Made by a program: the position numbers and the translations under genes. This document shows, piece by piece, positions 26,547 to 36,511 of a DNA stretch of 36,538 nt (its first letter is position 1; the number at the start of each line of letters is the position of its first letter). The DNA comes from an uncultured Anaerolineaceae bacterium (GTDB lineage Bacteria; Chloroflexota; Dehalococcoidia; Tepidiformales; Tepidiformaceae): positions 1-36,538 of the forward strand of contig CAYFHW010000001.1 of NCBI GenBank assembly GCA_964343095.1, given 5' to 3'. The notes under the pieces were generated by a model that worked only from the letters and a program-made list of their open reading frames with translations, ran no database searches and was not told where the DNA came from.

Positions 26547-27839
26547 GCGACGATTTAATACAGCATTGGCAATAAGGACAACAACCGCGACCAAAAAAAG
26601 AACAATACCAGAAACAATAAATCCTATAGTAAGACCACTGACATCGTTTGTAGTAGATGAGACCAACTCATCTATCAGATCGTCAGGCTCTTCATCTGAA
26701 GCCTCTTCAGATGATTCTTTTTGCTCTTCCAATATATCGGAGGTTTCTATATTGTCAGGTAAATTAAAAGCTTTTCGAAATGCGGACTCAAAACCAGAAA
26801 GATCAAATCCGTAAATTAATTCGAGTGCATCCTCGTAACGATTACCAGCTTTAATTGTTGCAAATAACTCAGCAAATTTTTCTTCACCTCCCAACTCAAC
26901 AAGAAAACCAACCATCGCATAAGACTGTCCATAAAAAAGGTTAACCTGAACAGCTTCAGCACTCGCCGTTGCCATTTCTGAAAATGGAATTAATCGATCA
27001 AACGACACCGCAATATTAAATGCACTTATATAACCTGCCCCGGGATCGCTTTGCCCAAACACTGCAGTACCCTCATCCAACCAACTTGGCAATCGGCCAA
27101 AAGCTCCTGCACCAGCTGCATCGGTAAGGATATGGACAAATTCATGACGTAACGTGTCTACTGGATCACATGCACCATCAGTCACATATAGCGTATTTGC
27201 AGCGACTTTCACTCCGCATGTGTAAACTTGCGCGTCGAAACTAGTATTCCGACCCGGCAAAGCTTCAAGCATTTCATTCTCACTGGAAAAAAGAACTACG
27301 CCAACCGTTCCGGCATCCAGTCCAGTTTTTAAAAGCTGACGTCCAATCGCTTCATATGTCTGAGTAGCGGCATCAAGTAACTTCTGGGCTAATTGCAAAC
27401 GATTCCCGTAGAAATAAATTGAAGCTATTGAATTTTCAACAGCAACCCATTCATTACCAGGCGGCAAAAAGACAAAGGATACCTCATCACTTAAAACTTC
27501 AGTTCCATCGACCAAAATCACTTCCCAAAAATAGGTAAACCTAGTTCCCACAGGAACACTAACATCAGACCCTCGTGTTAGAACCTCAACTTCAGCTGAA
27601 ACAGAACGCGCAGGCGTAAAGCTTACGGGCGAACCTCGTGCCCGTCCTAAACCCGATATTGAATACCTTAAAGTGATGTCCTCAATATCAACAGGTGCAG
27701 TAACATCGAGAGTAAAGATCAAAGACCTTGGAAAATTATTTTTAACAACTGATTCAAACTGTACAGACTGACTACTCGCAGTGTTCACACAAAAAAGCAC
27801 TACTAGCAATGGGAATAATAATGGAGCTATACGTTTCAT
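26535..27839 (-). CDS. Secreted, C-terminally membrane-anchored MA-clan zinc metallopeptidase (Peptidase_MA_2-like)
   Basis: It has a signal peptide (MKRIAPLLFPLLVVLFCVNTASS), HEFVH (HExxH) plus a downstream WLDEGTAVF Glu, an acidic linker and a C-terminal TM helix. Its ATG overlaps the prfB stop (ATGA). Confidence 0.7.
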   Translation of the reverse strand: MKRIAPLLFPLLVVLFCVNTASSQSVQFESVVKNNFPRSLIFTLDVTAPVDIEDITLRYSISGLGRARGSPVSFTPARSVSAEVEVLTRGSDVSVPVGTRFTYFWEVILVDGTEVLSDEVSFVFLPPGNEWVAVENSIASIYFYGNRLQLAQKLLDAATQTYEAIGRQLLKTGLDAGTVGVVLFSSENEMLEALPGRNTSFDAQVYTCGVKVAANTLYVTDGACDPVDTLRHEFVHILTDAAGAGAFGRLPSWLDEGTAVFGQSDPGAGYISAFNIAVSFDRLIPFSEMATASAEAVQVNLFYGQSYAMVGFLVELGGEEKFAELFATIKAGNRYEDALELIYGFDLSGFESAFRKAFNLPDNIETSDILEEQKESSEEASDEEPDDLIDELVSSTTNDVSGLTIGFIVSGIVLFLVAVVVLIANAVLNRRLAS

Positions 27840-28952
27840 TGCGATGAATTTTCCACTCGATTTTCACCAACACGAGATCGTAAAAAGGCAGCAATCAAAT
27901 CGTCCAATTCCCCATCCAAAACCGCGCTAGTATCACTGGTTTCAAAGTCAGTGCGGTGATCTTTTACCATTTTATATGGATGTAAAACATACGACCTAAT
28001 CTGACTACCAAAAGCCATATCCACATGCTCTCCTTTAAGTCGTTGACGTTCCTCCTCTTGGCGAAGCATTTCCTGTTCTAATAGGCGAGCTTCAAGCACC
28101 TTTAATGCACTCTCTCGGTTACGATGTTGAGACCTTTCATTTTGACAAGAAACGACAATCCCCGTGGGTAGGTGAGTAATACGAATTGCAGTTGAATTCT
28201 TCTGTACATTCTGTCCACCATGCCCACTGGCCCGAAAAACATCTACTCGAAGATCATCAGATGAAATCTCGATTTCTGTTGATGAAACCACTTCAGGCAT
28301 AACTTCAACTTTTGCAAAGGAAGTGTGCCGTGCATGGTCTGTATCAAATGGTGAAAGACGAACAAGCCGATGAACTCCACGCTCACTCTGCAAATACCCA
28401 AACACAAGCGAGCCACGTATTTCAAGCATAGCGCTCTTGATACCAGCCTCCTCACCTGGGGTAGTATCAAGAACATCGACAGAAAAACCACGCTTCTCAG
28501 CCCAACGGACATACATTCTTAGCAGCATTGCTGCCCAATCTTGTGACTCGGTCCCCCCTGCCCCTGCATGTATTGCAAGTATGGAAGCACGATCATCATA
28601 AGGACCAGACAATTGCAATTCAAAATCACGTTTTTGCAACTCTTGAAATAATGCATCAAATTCTAACGCAGCCGAATCTTCAATAGATGTATCTTGCTCA
28701 AGTGACGCAAGTTCAAGTAGCTCATAAAGTTCACGAGCTCTATTTTCCAAACCGCGCCAAACACCAATTCGATCCTTTAGAACAGCCAATTCCTGCATCG
28801 TACTACGAGCATTATCAGAATCATCCCAAAAACTTGGCGAGGCGGACTTCTCTTCGAGTTCTGCTACTAAAACTTCTTTGGAGGCTATGTCAAAGACGCA
28901 CCATTATGTCAGAAACTCGGTCCATAAGAGACTTAACATCATCAAACAACAT
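27836..28952 (-). CDS. prfB: Peptide chain release factor 2, requires programmed +1 frameshift
   Basis: The track ORF 27836-28798 contains the SPF (RLSPFD) and GGQ (SGHGGQNVQ) motifs. Upstream, frame 0 from ATG 28952 reads MLFDDVKSLMDRVSDIMVRL and then CTT TGA C (28895-28889). Shifting +1 continues DIASKEVLVAELEEKSASPSFWDD... in frame with the track ORF, giving about 371 aa in total. Confidence 0.9.
28889..28895 (-). promoter_or_regulatory. RF2 autoregulatory +1 frameshift site CTT TGA C
   Basis: The canonical heptamer sits at codon 21 of prfB. A weak SD-like GGTG lies a few nt upstream (ATGGTGCGT CTT TGA C). Confidence 0.85.
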
Positions 28953-28960
28953 TGACGGTA

Positions 28961-29866
28961 TTATCCTAGGAAAACTGGATCCAAACCAGCTCGCCGTGCT
29001 GCCGCATCGACAGTATTCGCAAGTAACATAGCTATAGTCATTGGACCTACGCCACCTGGGACTTTTGTTATATGTGAAGCAACCTCACAGGCACTCGCAA
29101 AATCAACGTCACCAACCAATCTCCAGCCACGTTTTCGAGTAGCATCGTCTATTCGATTAACACCTACATCAATAACCACTGAGCCTGGACGGACCATCTC
29201 CCCTGTAACCGCAAATGGTTTGCCAACTGCGACCACTAAAATATCAGCCAATTTAGTAAATGATGCTAAATCTGCCGTAGCAGAATGACAGATAGTCACA
29301 GTCCCGTTTGATCCCTTTGTTTTATTAGACAACAAAATAGAAAGGGGGCGACCAACTAAGGTAGAACGACCAACAATAACCACATGCTTACCAGAAGGAT
29401 CTACATTTGAATAACGCAACAATTGCATGACACCATGAGGCGTACAAGGAAGTGGGCCATTCTGCTCACCACGGAGCAAACGACCTAAGTTCACAGGGTG
29501 TAATCCATCGGCATCCTTCTCAGGATTAATTGCGTCAATAACCTTATCGGCATCAAAATGTATTGGAAGAGGTAACTGCGGTAAAATTGCATGGAAACGT
29601 TTATCCGAATTTAACTTTTCGATAAGCGAATCAAGATCTGCCTCCGTACAGTCTGAAGGCAAAGTAAACGTTTCTGACATGATACCTACTTCAGAACATG
29701 CCTTGGCTTTCGCAGTTACGTACGAAACAGAAGCGGGATCGTCACCAACAAGGATCGCAGCCAACCCTGGCTGAATATTTTGTCTTGCCAATCTTCCAAC
29801 TTCAAGAGTTAATTGCTGCCTAATAGTGGCGGCTACAGCAGTACCATCGATAATTGTTGCAGACAT
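28961..29866 (-). CDS. folD: Bifunctional methylenetetrahydrofolate dehydrogenase / methenyl-THF cyclohydrolase
   Basis: It has FolD blocks (IIDGTAVA, PGLAAILVGDDPASVSYV, LPLP, CTPHGVMQLL, VVIVGRSTLVGRPL, PGGVGPMTIAML). I prefer the start at ATG 29866; the track starts at GTG 29872. The stop lies 8 nt before the prfB ATG. Confidence 0.9.
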   Translation of the reverse strand: MSATIIDGTAVAATIRQQLTLEVGRLARQNIQPGLAAILVGDDPASVSYVTAKAKACSEVGIMSETFTLPSDCTEADLDSLIEKLNSDKRFHAILPQLPLPIHFDADKVIDAINPEKDADGLHPVNLGRLLRGEQNGPLPCTPHGVMQLLRYSNVDPSGKHVVIVGRSTLVGRPLSILLSNKTKGSNGTVTICHSATADLASFTKLADILVVAVGKPFAVTGEMVRPGSVVIDVGVNRIDDATRKRGWRLVGDVDFASACEVASHITKVPGGVGPMTIAMLLANTVDAAARRAGLDPVFLG

Positions 29867-29933
29867 ACACACAAGAGTATCAGAGGAGAGATGATTTCAC
29901 GATTATGATGTAATAGTCTTGCAAGTACTAACA

Positions 29934-30380
29934 ATGGAAACAAAATTTTCTACAGGAATAGACCTAATCGAAATTGAGCGCATTAAACGCGTTTTAAAAA
30001 AGCATAATCTCCGATTCTTAAAACGAGTTTACACAGAGGATGAAGTAAAATTCTGTCGAGGTAGAACTCCAGAATTGGCCGCACGATTTGCAGCCAAAGA
30101 AGCCGTAATGAAAGCATTAGGTACTGGTACTCATGGAGTTAGCTGGAAAGACATTGAAGTGCTTCCTAATAAAAGGGGGAAGCCGTTGGTTTTTTTGTAT
30201 GGAAGGGCTGCGATACGCGCAGAAAAGATTTCTCTACGTGGTCTCGAAATCAGCTTGTCTCATTCAAAGGAGTATGCATTAGCTTCTGTCGTTGGTGAAC
30301 GAGCACTTTCCATTGAAGAAGATAGTCCACGCTTTGGTTCAGCAGCCACTGAATTAATAGAAAAAGAAGGCCTCCGATGA
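29934..30380 (+). CDS. acpS: Holo-[acyl-carrier-protein] synthase
   Basis: It has GIDLIEIERI, FAAKEAVMKALG and SLSHSKEYA. I prefer the start at ATG 29934 over the track TTG 29919. The C-terminal extension is about 25 aa. Confidence 0.85.
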   Translation: METKFSTGIDLIEIERIKRVLKKHNLRFLKRVYTEDEVKFCRGRTPELAARFAAKEAVMKALGTGTHGVSWKDIEVLPNKRGKPLVFLYGRAAIRAEKISLRGLEISLSHSKEYALASVVGERALSIEEDSPRFGSAATELIEKEGLR

Positions 30381-31924
30381 AATTGCTAACCACACAAGAA
30401 ACTAAAGACCTTGAACAACAAGCTATTGAATCTGGTATGTCTGAGCAAGGACTAATTGAAGAAGCAGGATTAGCTGTAGCGCAAGAAGCGTGGATGCTTC
30501 TTGGTACCTTAGAAAACCGATCCATAATTGTGCTAGCTGGTCCTGGTAACAACGGTTCCGACGGTCTCGTCGCAGCACGACACCTTCATGATTGGGGAGC
30601 AAATATAACTATTTTCACTCCAAATGGAAAAAGGCCAGACCAAACCATCAAGGAACTGGAATTAAGAGACCTCACATTACAAAAAAAGTATGGGGAGGAA
30701 ATTCGAACAGAACTGGAAACCGCTGATTTAGTAATAGATTCACTACTTGGTATCGGTAAAAACCGTGCGTTTTCTGAGAATGACCCCATCGGCGATACTT
30801 TATCTACCCTGCAACTCGTAAGAGAAAACCATCAACCACCAAAAGTACTTGCAGTAGATATGCCAAGTGGAGTTGATAGCGACACAGGAGCAATTGAACC
30901 CCAAACAGTTGCTGCAGATATCACAATCACATTCTCTACTGCAAAAGTAGGAATGTACCAACTACCAGCAAGTTCTGTCGTAGGGCAGATTCAAGTAATT
31001 GATATAGGCATCCCTCTTCCCGAAAGTGAAACATCGCACCTTGAACTTTTGACTTCAAAATGGGCCCGTAACCAACTCCCGAATCGACCAGATGATGCGA
31101 ACAAGGGTACCTTCGGTAAGCTGTTAATAGTAGGCGGAAGTACTCGGTACCGTGGCGCAATTACCCTAGCCGGGAAAGGAGCATATAGGGCTGGTGCTGG
31201 ATTAGTAACTATTGCTTCACCAATAAATGTAGTGGATTCGATAGCTAGTAATTTAATTGAGGCAACATATCTTCCTGTTGCTGAAAGTGACGGAGGCATT
31301 GCTGGTGAAGCGGCACTGTTTATGAGCAAACTCTGGGCTGACTTTAATGCTGTCGTATTGGGGCCTGGATTGGGACAAGCAGAAACATCGCAAGGGTTCT
31401 TATGGGCGGCATTGCCAGATATCAATAATTCCGTCAAAAACGGTACAGTTTTAGATGCGGACGCTCTGAACATAATTTCAAAGATGTCTAATGGGAAAGA
31501 GCGTATACCTAAGAATTCAATTTTAACTCCTCACCCAGGAGAGATGGCTCGCCTACTTGATACTAGTATCGAAAAAATTCAAGAAAACCGACTTGAAGCT
31601 GCCAAAGAAGCTGCGCAACAATTTAAAGCTACTATTGTCTTAAAGGGTGCTCATACATTGATCGTGAATCACAACGGTTCTGCAATGCTGTCACCCTTTG
31701 CCAATCCACTACTGGCAACCGCAGGATCTGGAGATGTCCTCTCTGGGATTATGGGAGCTTATCTTTCCCAAGGTCACCAGCCGTTACAAGCAGCAGCTTT
31801 GGCGGTTTATATACATGGAGCAGTAGGAGAAAAGATGAGTCTTGAATATGGAAAAAGTGGGTTGCTAGCCAACGAAATTGCTAAACATTTGCCAAAGACT
31901 GTCAGTGAGCTTTTGATAAGCTAA
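30377..31924 (+). CDS. nnr: Bifunctional NAD(P)H-hydrate repair enzyme Nnr (epimerase + ADP-dependent dehydratase)
   Basis: It has a YjeF_N domain (VLAGPGNNGSDGLVAARHL) followed by a carbohydrate-kinase domain (KGTFGKLLIVGGS...TPHPGEMARL...GSGDVLSG). It has an ATGA overlap with acpS. Confidence 0.9.
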   Translation: MKLLTTQETKDLEQQAIESGMSEQGLIEEAGLAVAQEAWMLLGTLENRSIIVLAGPGNNGSDGLVAARHLHDWGANITIFTPNGKRPDQTIKELELRDLTLQKKYGEEIRTELETADLVIDSLLGIGKNRAFSENDPIGDTLSTLQLVRENHQPPKVLAVDMPSGVDSDTGAIEPQTVAADITITFSTAKVGMYQLPASSVVGQIQVIDIGIPLPESETSHLELLTSKWARNQLPNRPDDANKGTFGKLLIVGGSTRYRGAITLAGKGAYRAGAGLVTIASPINVVDSIASNLIEATYLPVAESDGGIAGEAALFMSKLWADFNAVVLGPGLGQAETSQGFLWAALPDINNSVKNGTVLDADALNIISKMSNGKERIPKNSILTPHPGEMARLLDTSIEKIQENRLEAAKEAAQQFKATIVLKGAHTLIVNHNGSAMLSPFANPLLATAGSGDVLSGIMGAYLSQGHQPLQAAALAVYIHGAVGEKMSLEYGKSGLLANEIAKHLPKTVSELLIS

Positions 31925-31954
31925 GCTATACTCTGACCGAAAAAGGGAGAACTA

Positions 31955-33199
31955 GTGAGTCAAAGAGTAGCCATAACTGGAGTTGGGATGGTAACTCCCT
32001 TAGGACATGACACTGACTCTACTTGGCAGTCTTTAGTAAATGGGAAAACTGGCACTGCAAAGATAACTGCATTTGACCCTGATGGATTTGCTTCACAGGT
32101 AGCAGGCGAAGTCAAAGATTGGGAACCTGAATCCTTCCTAGATAGAAAAACCATCCGTCGAACGGACAGATTTGTTCAGTTCGCCTTTAAGGCAGCTGAC
32201 GAAGCACTAAAAGAAGCCCAACTAGAAATCACTAAGGAAAATGCCGGCAGAATTGGAGTACTTGTAGGAACTTCGATGGGTGGCCTAGTGTCGCTATCGC
32301 GAGAATATGACGTTCTGCAAGAAAGAGGTCCAAATCGCGTTAGTCCATTTCTTTTGCCGCTCATGCTACCTGATATGGCCAGCGGACAGCTAAGTATCCG
32401 ATTGGGGGCACGCGCTGCAAATTATGCGATAGCTAGCGCCTGCTCTAGTGGGGCAGATGCTTTAGGTGAGGCGGCAAACCTTATCAGAAGAGGTGACGCG
32501 GACGTGGTTCTAGCTGGGGGAAGTGAAGCAACAATCGCACCAATTGTAGTCGCAGGTTTCGCAGCAGCAAAAGCACTTACAAATGCCAACAACGAACCTG
32601 ATTGCGCATCCCGACCATTTGATTCACAGCGTGACGGATTTGTAATTGCTGAGGGTGCTGCAGTACTGGTATTAGAATCTGAAAGACATGCCTTGCAGAG
32701 GGGAGCTAAACCGCTAGCAGAATTTGCAGCATATGCTGCAACAAGTGATGCACATCACGTTACCCAACCACTCGATGATGCTGCAGGTGCTGCAAATGCA
32801 ATGGAACTAGCAGTACATAGAGCAGGACTAAAACCTGATGAAATTGACTACATAAATGCACATGGAACATCAACGCCGCTGAACGATAAAGCAGAAACAC
32901 AGGCAATAAAACGAGCATTTGGTGAAGAGGTTGCGGCAACCATACCCATTAGTTCAACGAAATCAATGACTGGACATCTTTTAGGAGCAGCTGGTGCTGT
33001 AGAGGCCGGTATCTCTGTGTCTGCTTTAACACATGGAGTGATCCCGCCTACAATTAACTACCACTCTCCCGACCCTAATTGCGACTTGGATTATGTGCCG
33101 AACGTTGCACGCGCAATGGCTATTAAAACCGTACTATCGAATTCGTTTGGCTTCGGTGGACATAATAGTTCACTTCTGTTTCGGCAATGGAATGAGTGA
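31955..33199 (+). CDS. fabF: 3-oxoacyl-[ACP] synthase II
   Basis: The GTG start is preceded by AAAGGGAGA. It has the active-site Cys (IASACSSG), the two His motifs (DAHHVTQP, NAHGTSTP) and the C-terminal NSFGFGGHN. Confidence 0.95.
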   Translation: MSQRVAITGVGMVTPLGHDTDSTWQSLVNGKTGTAKITAFDPDGFASQVAGEVKDWEPESFLDRKTIRRTDRFVQFAFKAADEALKEAQLEITKENAGRIGVLVGTSMGGLVSLSREYDVLQERGPNRVSPFLLPLMLPDMASGQLSIRLGARAANYAIASACSSGADALGEAANLIRRGDADVVLAGGSEATIAPIVVAGFAAAKALTNANNEPDCASRPFDSQRDGFVIAEGAAVLVLESERHALQRGAKPLAEFAAYAATSDAHHVTQPLDDAAGAANAMELAVHRAGLKPDEIDYINAHGTSTPLNDKAETQAIKRAFGEEVAATIPISSTKSMTGHLLGAAGAVEAGISVSALTHGVIPPTINYHSPDPNCDLDYVPNVARAMAIKTVLSNSFGFGGHNSSLLFRQWNE

Positions 33200-34886
33200 T
33201 ACAACAACTGATAAATGGATATTGCGTAATCCTAAAGCACCCTTGGAGAGGATCGCTCACTATCCTAAAATTGTCGGTACCGTGCTTGCTGCACGTGGGA
33301 TCACAACACCTGAAGATGCTCAGAATTTTTATCGTCCAGAAGAGGCACCAAAAAATGATCCTTTTTTGCTTCCGGATATTTCCAGTGCTTTACTCCGCCT
33401 AGATAAAGCCATCTCAGATAGTGAAATAATTGCGCTTTTCGGTGATTTCGATGTGGACGGAATTACGTCAATTGCAGTGCTAAAGATAGGGTTAGAGCAA
33501 GTAGGTGCAAAATTACTTACATATCTTCCTGATCGGTTTACCGAAGGTTATGGTCTTAACCGGAACGCCGTACATAAACTTGCAAAACAAGGAGCTTCGG
33601 TCCTGATAACAGCTGATTGTGGAACCAGCTCCGTAGAAGAAATCGCACTCGCAAATAAACTTGGTATTGATGTAATCGTAATCGACCACCATACTGTTCC
33701 AGAAAAATTGCCGCCAGCATTGGCAGTAATCAACCCAAAACGCCCAGACTCACTTTACCCTTTCAGAGAAATGGCCGCAGTAGGCGTAGCTTTCCGTTTT
33801 TTAGAAAGTTTCTTTGCATCAAAAAAAATAACTTTTCCCGCAAACGAACTAATCGATCTGGTAGCCCTAGGGACTGTCGTAGATGTAGCGCCACTAATAG
33901 ATGAGAACCGCACAATTGTGAAAGCCGGCTTAGAGATAATGACTAGCCAACCAAGAACAGGAATCCTTAGTCTTTCTCAAACAGCAAAAATTAAAAATCA
34001 ACTAAGTGCTGAACAACTAGCATTTGCTTTAGGGCCCCGCTTAAATGCAGCAGGCCGCCTAGCTCACGCCAGTTTGGCATTTGATTTACTGACAACTTCA
34101 AAACAACAAATCTCTAGGGAATTATCAGAGAAATTAGAAACGCTGAATCTGCAAAGGCGGAAGGAATGCAAAGAAGCTCATTTGTTAGCAGAAGAATTAG
34201 CAGGTAGTACAACCGATCCACTCATAATGGTAGGCAGCAACCAAATTCATGCGGGGATAATTGGAATCGTTGCTGCGAGGTTAGCAGAATCTAGGAAAAG
34301 GCCTGCAATAGTTTATGAACGCCAGCAAGACGAAAGTCGCGCAAGTGCTCGATCAATTCCACAATTCGATATAGTCAAAGCTATTCGTAAAGAAAGCTCT
34401 CTACTTGAACGCTACGGTGGACATCGAGCAGCAGCAGGATTCACGATACGCAATGAAAATGTTGAAACTTTCCGGGAAAAAATTATTAATACAGCAGCAG
34501 AGCTAATGGAATCCGTAGACCTTAGAGGAACAATTGAGATTGATGCCGAAGCAACCTTGGGAAATATAAAAGGGAGTGAGCTTAGGGGTCTATTAGCCTT
34601 CGAACCTTGTGGGCATTCAAATCCAAAACCAGTCTTATTTAGTAAAAACGTTCAACTAATAGAAAAAAAACGTGTGGGATCGGAACAAGAACACTTACGT
34701 TTAAAAATTAAAGATGGTGGTATCACCTGGCAAGGTATCGCTTTTGGCAAGGGCGATCTTGAACTTACGGAACAAATTGACATCGTCTATAGCCTAAAAA
34801 AAGGCTGGTATGAACGGACTGAAATAGAGGTTTTTGATGCCTGCCCAAGTGGCTTAAGAGATATTGAAAACAGGATTGAAAGCTAG
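33192..34886 (+). CDS. recJ: Single-stranded-DNA-specific exonuclease RecJ
   Basis: It has the DHH motifs (GDFDVDGITS, ITADCG, VIDHH) and the DHHA1 motif GGHRAAAGF. I place the start at ATG 33192 (MSDTTTDKW), which overlaps the fabF end by 8 nt. The track start at 33093 lies inside fabF. Confidence 0.9.
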   Translation: MSDTTTDKWILRNPKAPLERIAHYPKIVGTVLAARGITTPEDAQNFYRPEEAPKNDPFLLPDISSALLRLDKAISDSEIIALFGDFDVDGITSIAVLKIGLEQVGAKLLTYLPDRFTEGYGLNRNAVHKLAKQGASVLITADCGTSSVEEIALANKLGIDVIVIDHHTVPEKLPPALAVINPKRPDSLYPFREMAAVGVAFRFLESFFASKKITFPANELIDLVALGTVVDVAPLIDENRTIVKAGLEIMTSQPRTGILSLSQTAKIKNQLSAEQLAFALGPRLNAAGRLAHASLAFDLLTTSKQQISRELSEKLETLNLQRRKECKEAHLLAEELAGSTTDPLIMVGSNQIHAGIIGIVAARLAESRKRPAIVYERQQDESRASARSIPQFDIVKAIRKESSLLERYGGHRAAAGFTIRNENVETFREKIINTAAELMESVDLRGTIEIDAEATLGNIKGSELRGLLAFEPCGHSNPKPVLFSKNVQLIEKKRVGSEQEHLRLKIKDGGITWQGIAFGKGDLELTEQIDIVYSLKKGWYERTEIEVFDACPSGLRDIENRIES

Positions 34887-36511
34887 GGACTGTACCTTTG
34901 CGCCAATGGTAATCGTCTGTCACGACCGAAAGCACGCTGCGTAATTTTAACCCCGGGCGGACTTTGCCGACGCTTATATTCGTTTCGATCAATCAAACCG
35001 ATTACATGACGTACATCATCTTCTTGGAATCCAGCGCTTATCAATTCATTTACAGTAGCATCACGCTCGACATATGCCTCAAGAATAGGATCTAAAATTT
35101 CGTATTCTGGTAAAGAGTCTGTATCGAGTTGCTCAGGGCGGAGTTCGGCACTCGGTGGCTTAGAAATCACTTCATCCGGGATTAATGGATTCGAATCTTC
35201 TAAATTTCTCCACTTTGCAAGTTTGTAAACAAGGGTCTTAGGAACATCTTTAATAACAGCAAAACCACCGGCAAGATCACCATAAAGCGTTGCATATCCC
35301 GTCGCCATTTCACTCTTATTACCAGTTGTTAAAACAAGTGCATTATTTTTGTTAGCCAGGCTCATGAGTATATTCCCGCGTAAGCGTGACTGTAGATTTT
35401 CCTCTGGTAATCCGTCCACCTCTCCCTCAAAAGATTCAGAGAGCATATTCAACATTGCAGTATGTGCTGGTTCGATAGGAATAGAGTGACATTTAATACC
35501 TAGGTTTTCCGCAAGCTTCTTGGCATCTTCACGACTGTGCTCACTTGAATATCGTGACGGCATAGAAACTCCAATAACATGAGAAGGACCAAGTGCATCA
35601 ACAGCTATAGCCGCAACTAAGCTAGAATCTATGCCCCCAGACAAGCCAATTAAAACATCCTCAAAGCCAGTCTTATCTAGATAGTCACGTACTCCTACAA
35701 CCAAGGCTTTCCAAACCTCCTCTTCTCCACTTAGGGTCGGTGCAACCTTCATTTCTGTTGACTCACGATCTGAAAGTTGCGGAGTATAACTTAAGATTAT
35801 GTGCTCAACTTCATTTTCTGTATTTGTCTCCCCATGACGCATTTCTATCCTTCCACGAGGATCATGGAGTCGAGGCTTGGAAACGGCATCAAGATCGATT
35901 TGTGCAACGAGTAATTCCTCGACAAATTGAGAAGCACGAGCAACAAGTGCTCCATCAGGCTTTACAAAAAAGGATGATCCATCAAACACAAGCTCATCTT
36001 GTCCACCAACAGCATTCACATAAGCTAACGCGATACTATTGTCCACGGCACGAGTGGATAACATCTGCTCCCTCTCTGCTACTCGCCCTGACGAGAATGG
36101 AGAAGCATTAATGTTTATGCATAATTCTGCCCCTGCCAAAGAAAAACCACTTAAAGGTAATCCCGGATACCAAATATCCTCACAAATCGAAACTCCAAAA
36201 GTCAGATCACCTGCATGAAAAAGGGGGGTTGTTCTCCCTGATGAAAAATATCGCTCCTCATCAAAAACACCATAATTTGGCAATCTTCGCTTGTGATAAA
36301 CGCCTGCAAGATCTCCATCTGCAAAAATAGCAGCTGCATTAAAAGGGCTTGAATTGTGCCAATCCACGAAACCAACAATCGCTATAATTCCTTCCGTTTC
36401 AGATTTAAGCAACTCAACGGAAGAGGAAGACTTTTGGCAAAATTCCTTGCGTAACAGCAAATCTTCTGGCGGATAGCCAGTTATAGCTAACTCAGGAAAA
36501 GCAATAATGTC
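34883..36511 (-). CDS. nadE: Glutamine-dependent NAD+ synthetase (CN-hydrolase + NAD synthetase domains); 5' end unresolved
   Basis: Nitrilase-domain residues are present (FPELAITGYPPEDLLL, YHKRRLPNYGVFDE, VSICEDIWYP), as is the synthetase SGGIDSS P-loop. Homology continues upstream of the track TTG start (36460) up to an in-frame TAA at 36512-36514. No canonical start codon lies in between. Confidence 0.85.
   Translation of the reverse strand, partial: DIIAFPELAITGYPPEDLLLRKEFCQKSSSSVELLKSETEGIIAIVGFVDWHNSSPFNAAAIFADGDLAGVYHKRRLPNYGVFDEERYFSSGRTTPLFHAGDLTFGVSICEDIWYPGLPLSGFSLAGAELCININASPFSSGRVAEREQMLSTRAVDNSIALAYVNAVGGQDELVFDGSSFFVKPDGALVARASQFVEELLVAQIDLDAVSKPRLHDPRGRIEMRHGETNTENEVEHIILSYTPQLSDRESTEMKVAPTLSGEEEVWKALVVGVRDYLDKTGFEDVLIGLSGGIDSSLVAAIAVDALGPSHVIGVSMPSRYSSEHSREDAKKLAENLGIKCHSIPIEPAHTAMLNMLSESFEGEVDGLPEENLQSRLRGNILMSLANKNNALVLTTGNKSEMATGYATLYGDLAGGFAVIKDVPKTLVYKLAKWRNLEDSNPLIPDEVISKPPSAELRPEQLDTDSLPEYEILDPILEAYVERDATVNELISAGFQEDDVRHVIGLIDRNEYKRRQSPPGVKITQRAFGRDRRLPLAQRYSP

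Noticed and set aside
33093-33191. The ORF track gives a 33-codon N-terminal extension of recJ.
   Set aside because: The extension lies entirely inside the fabF coding sequence. ATG 33192 (MSDTTTDKW) gives a typical RecJ N-terminus with a short overlap.
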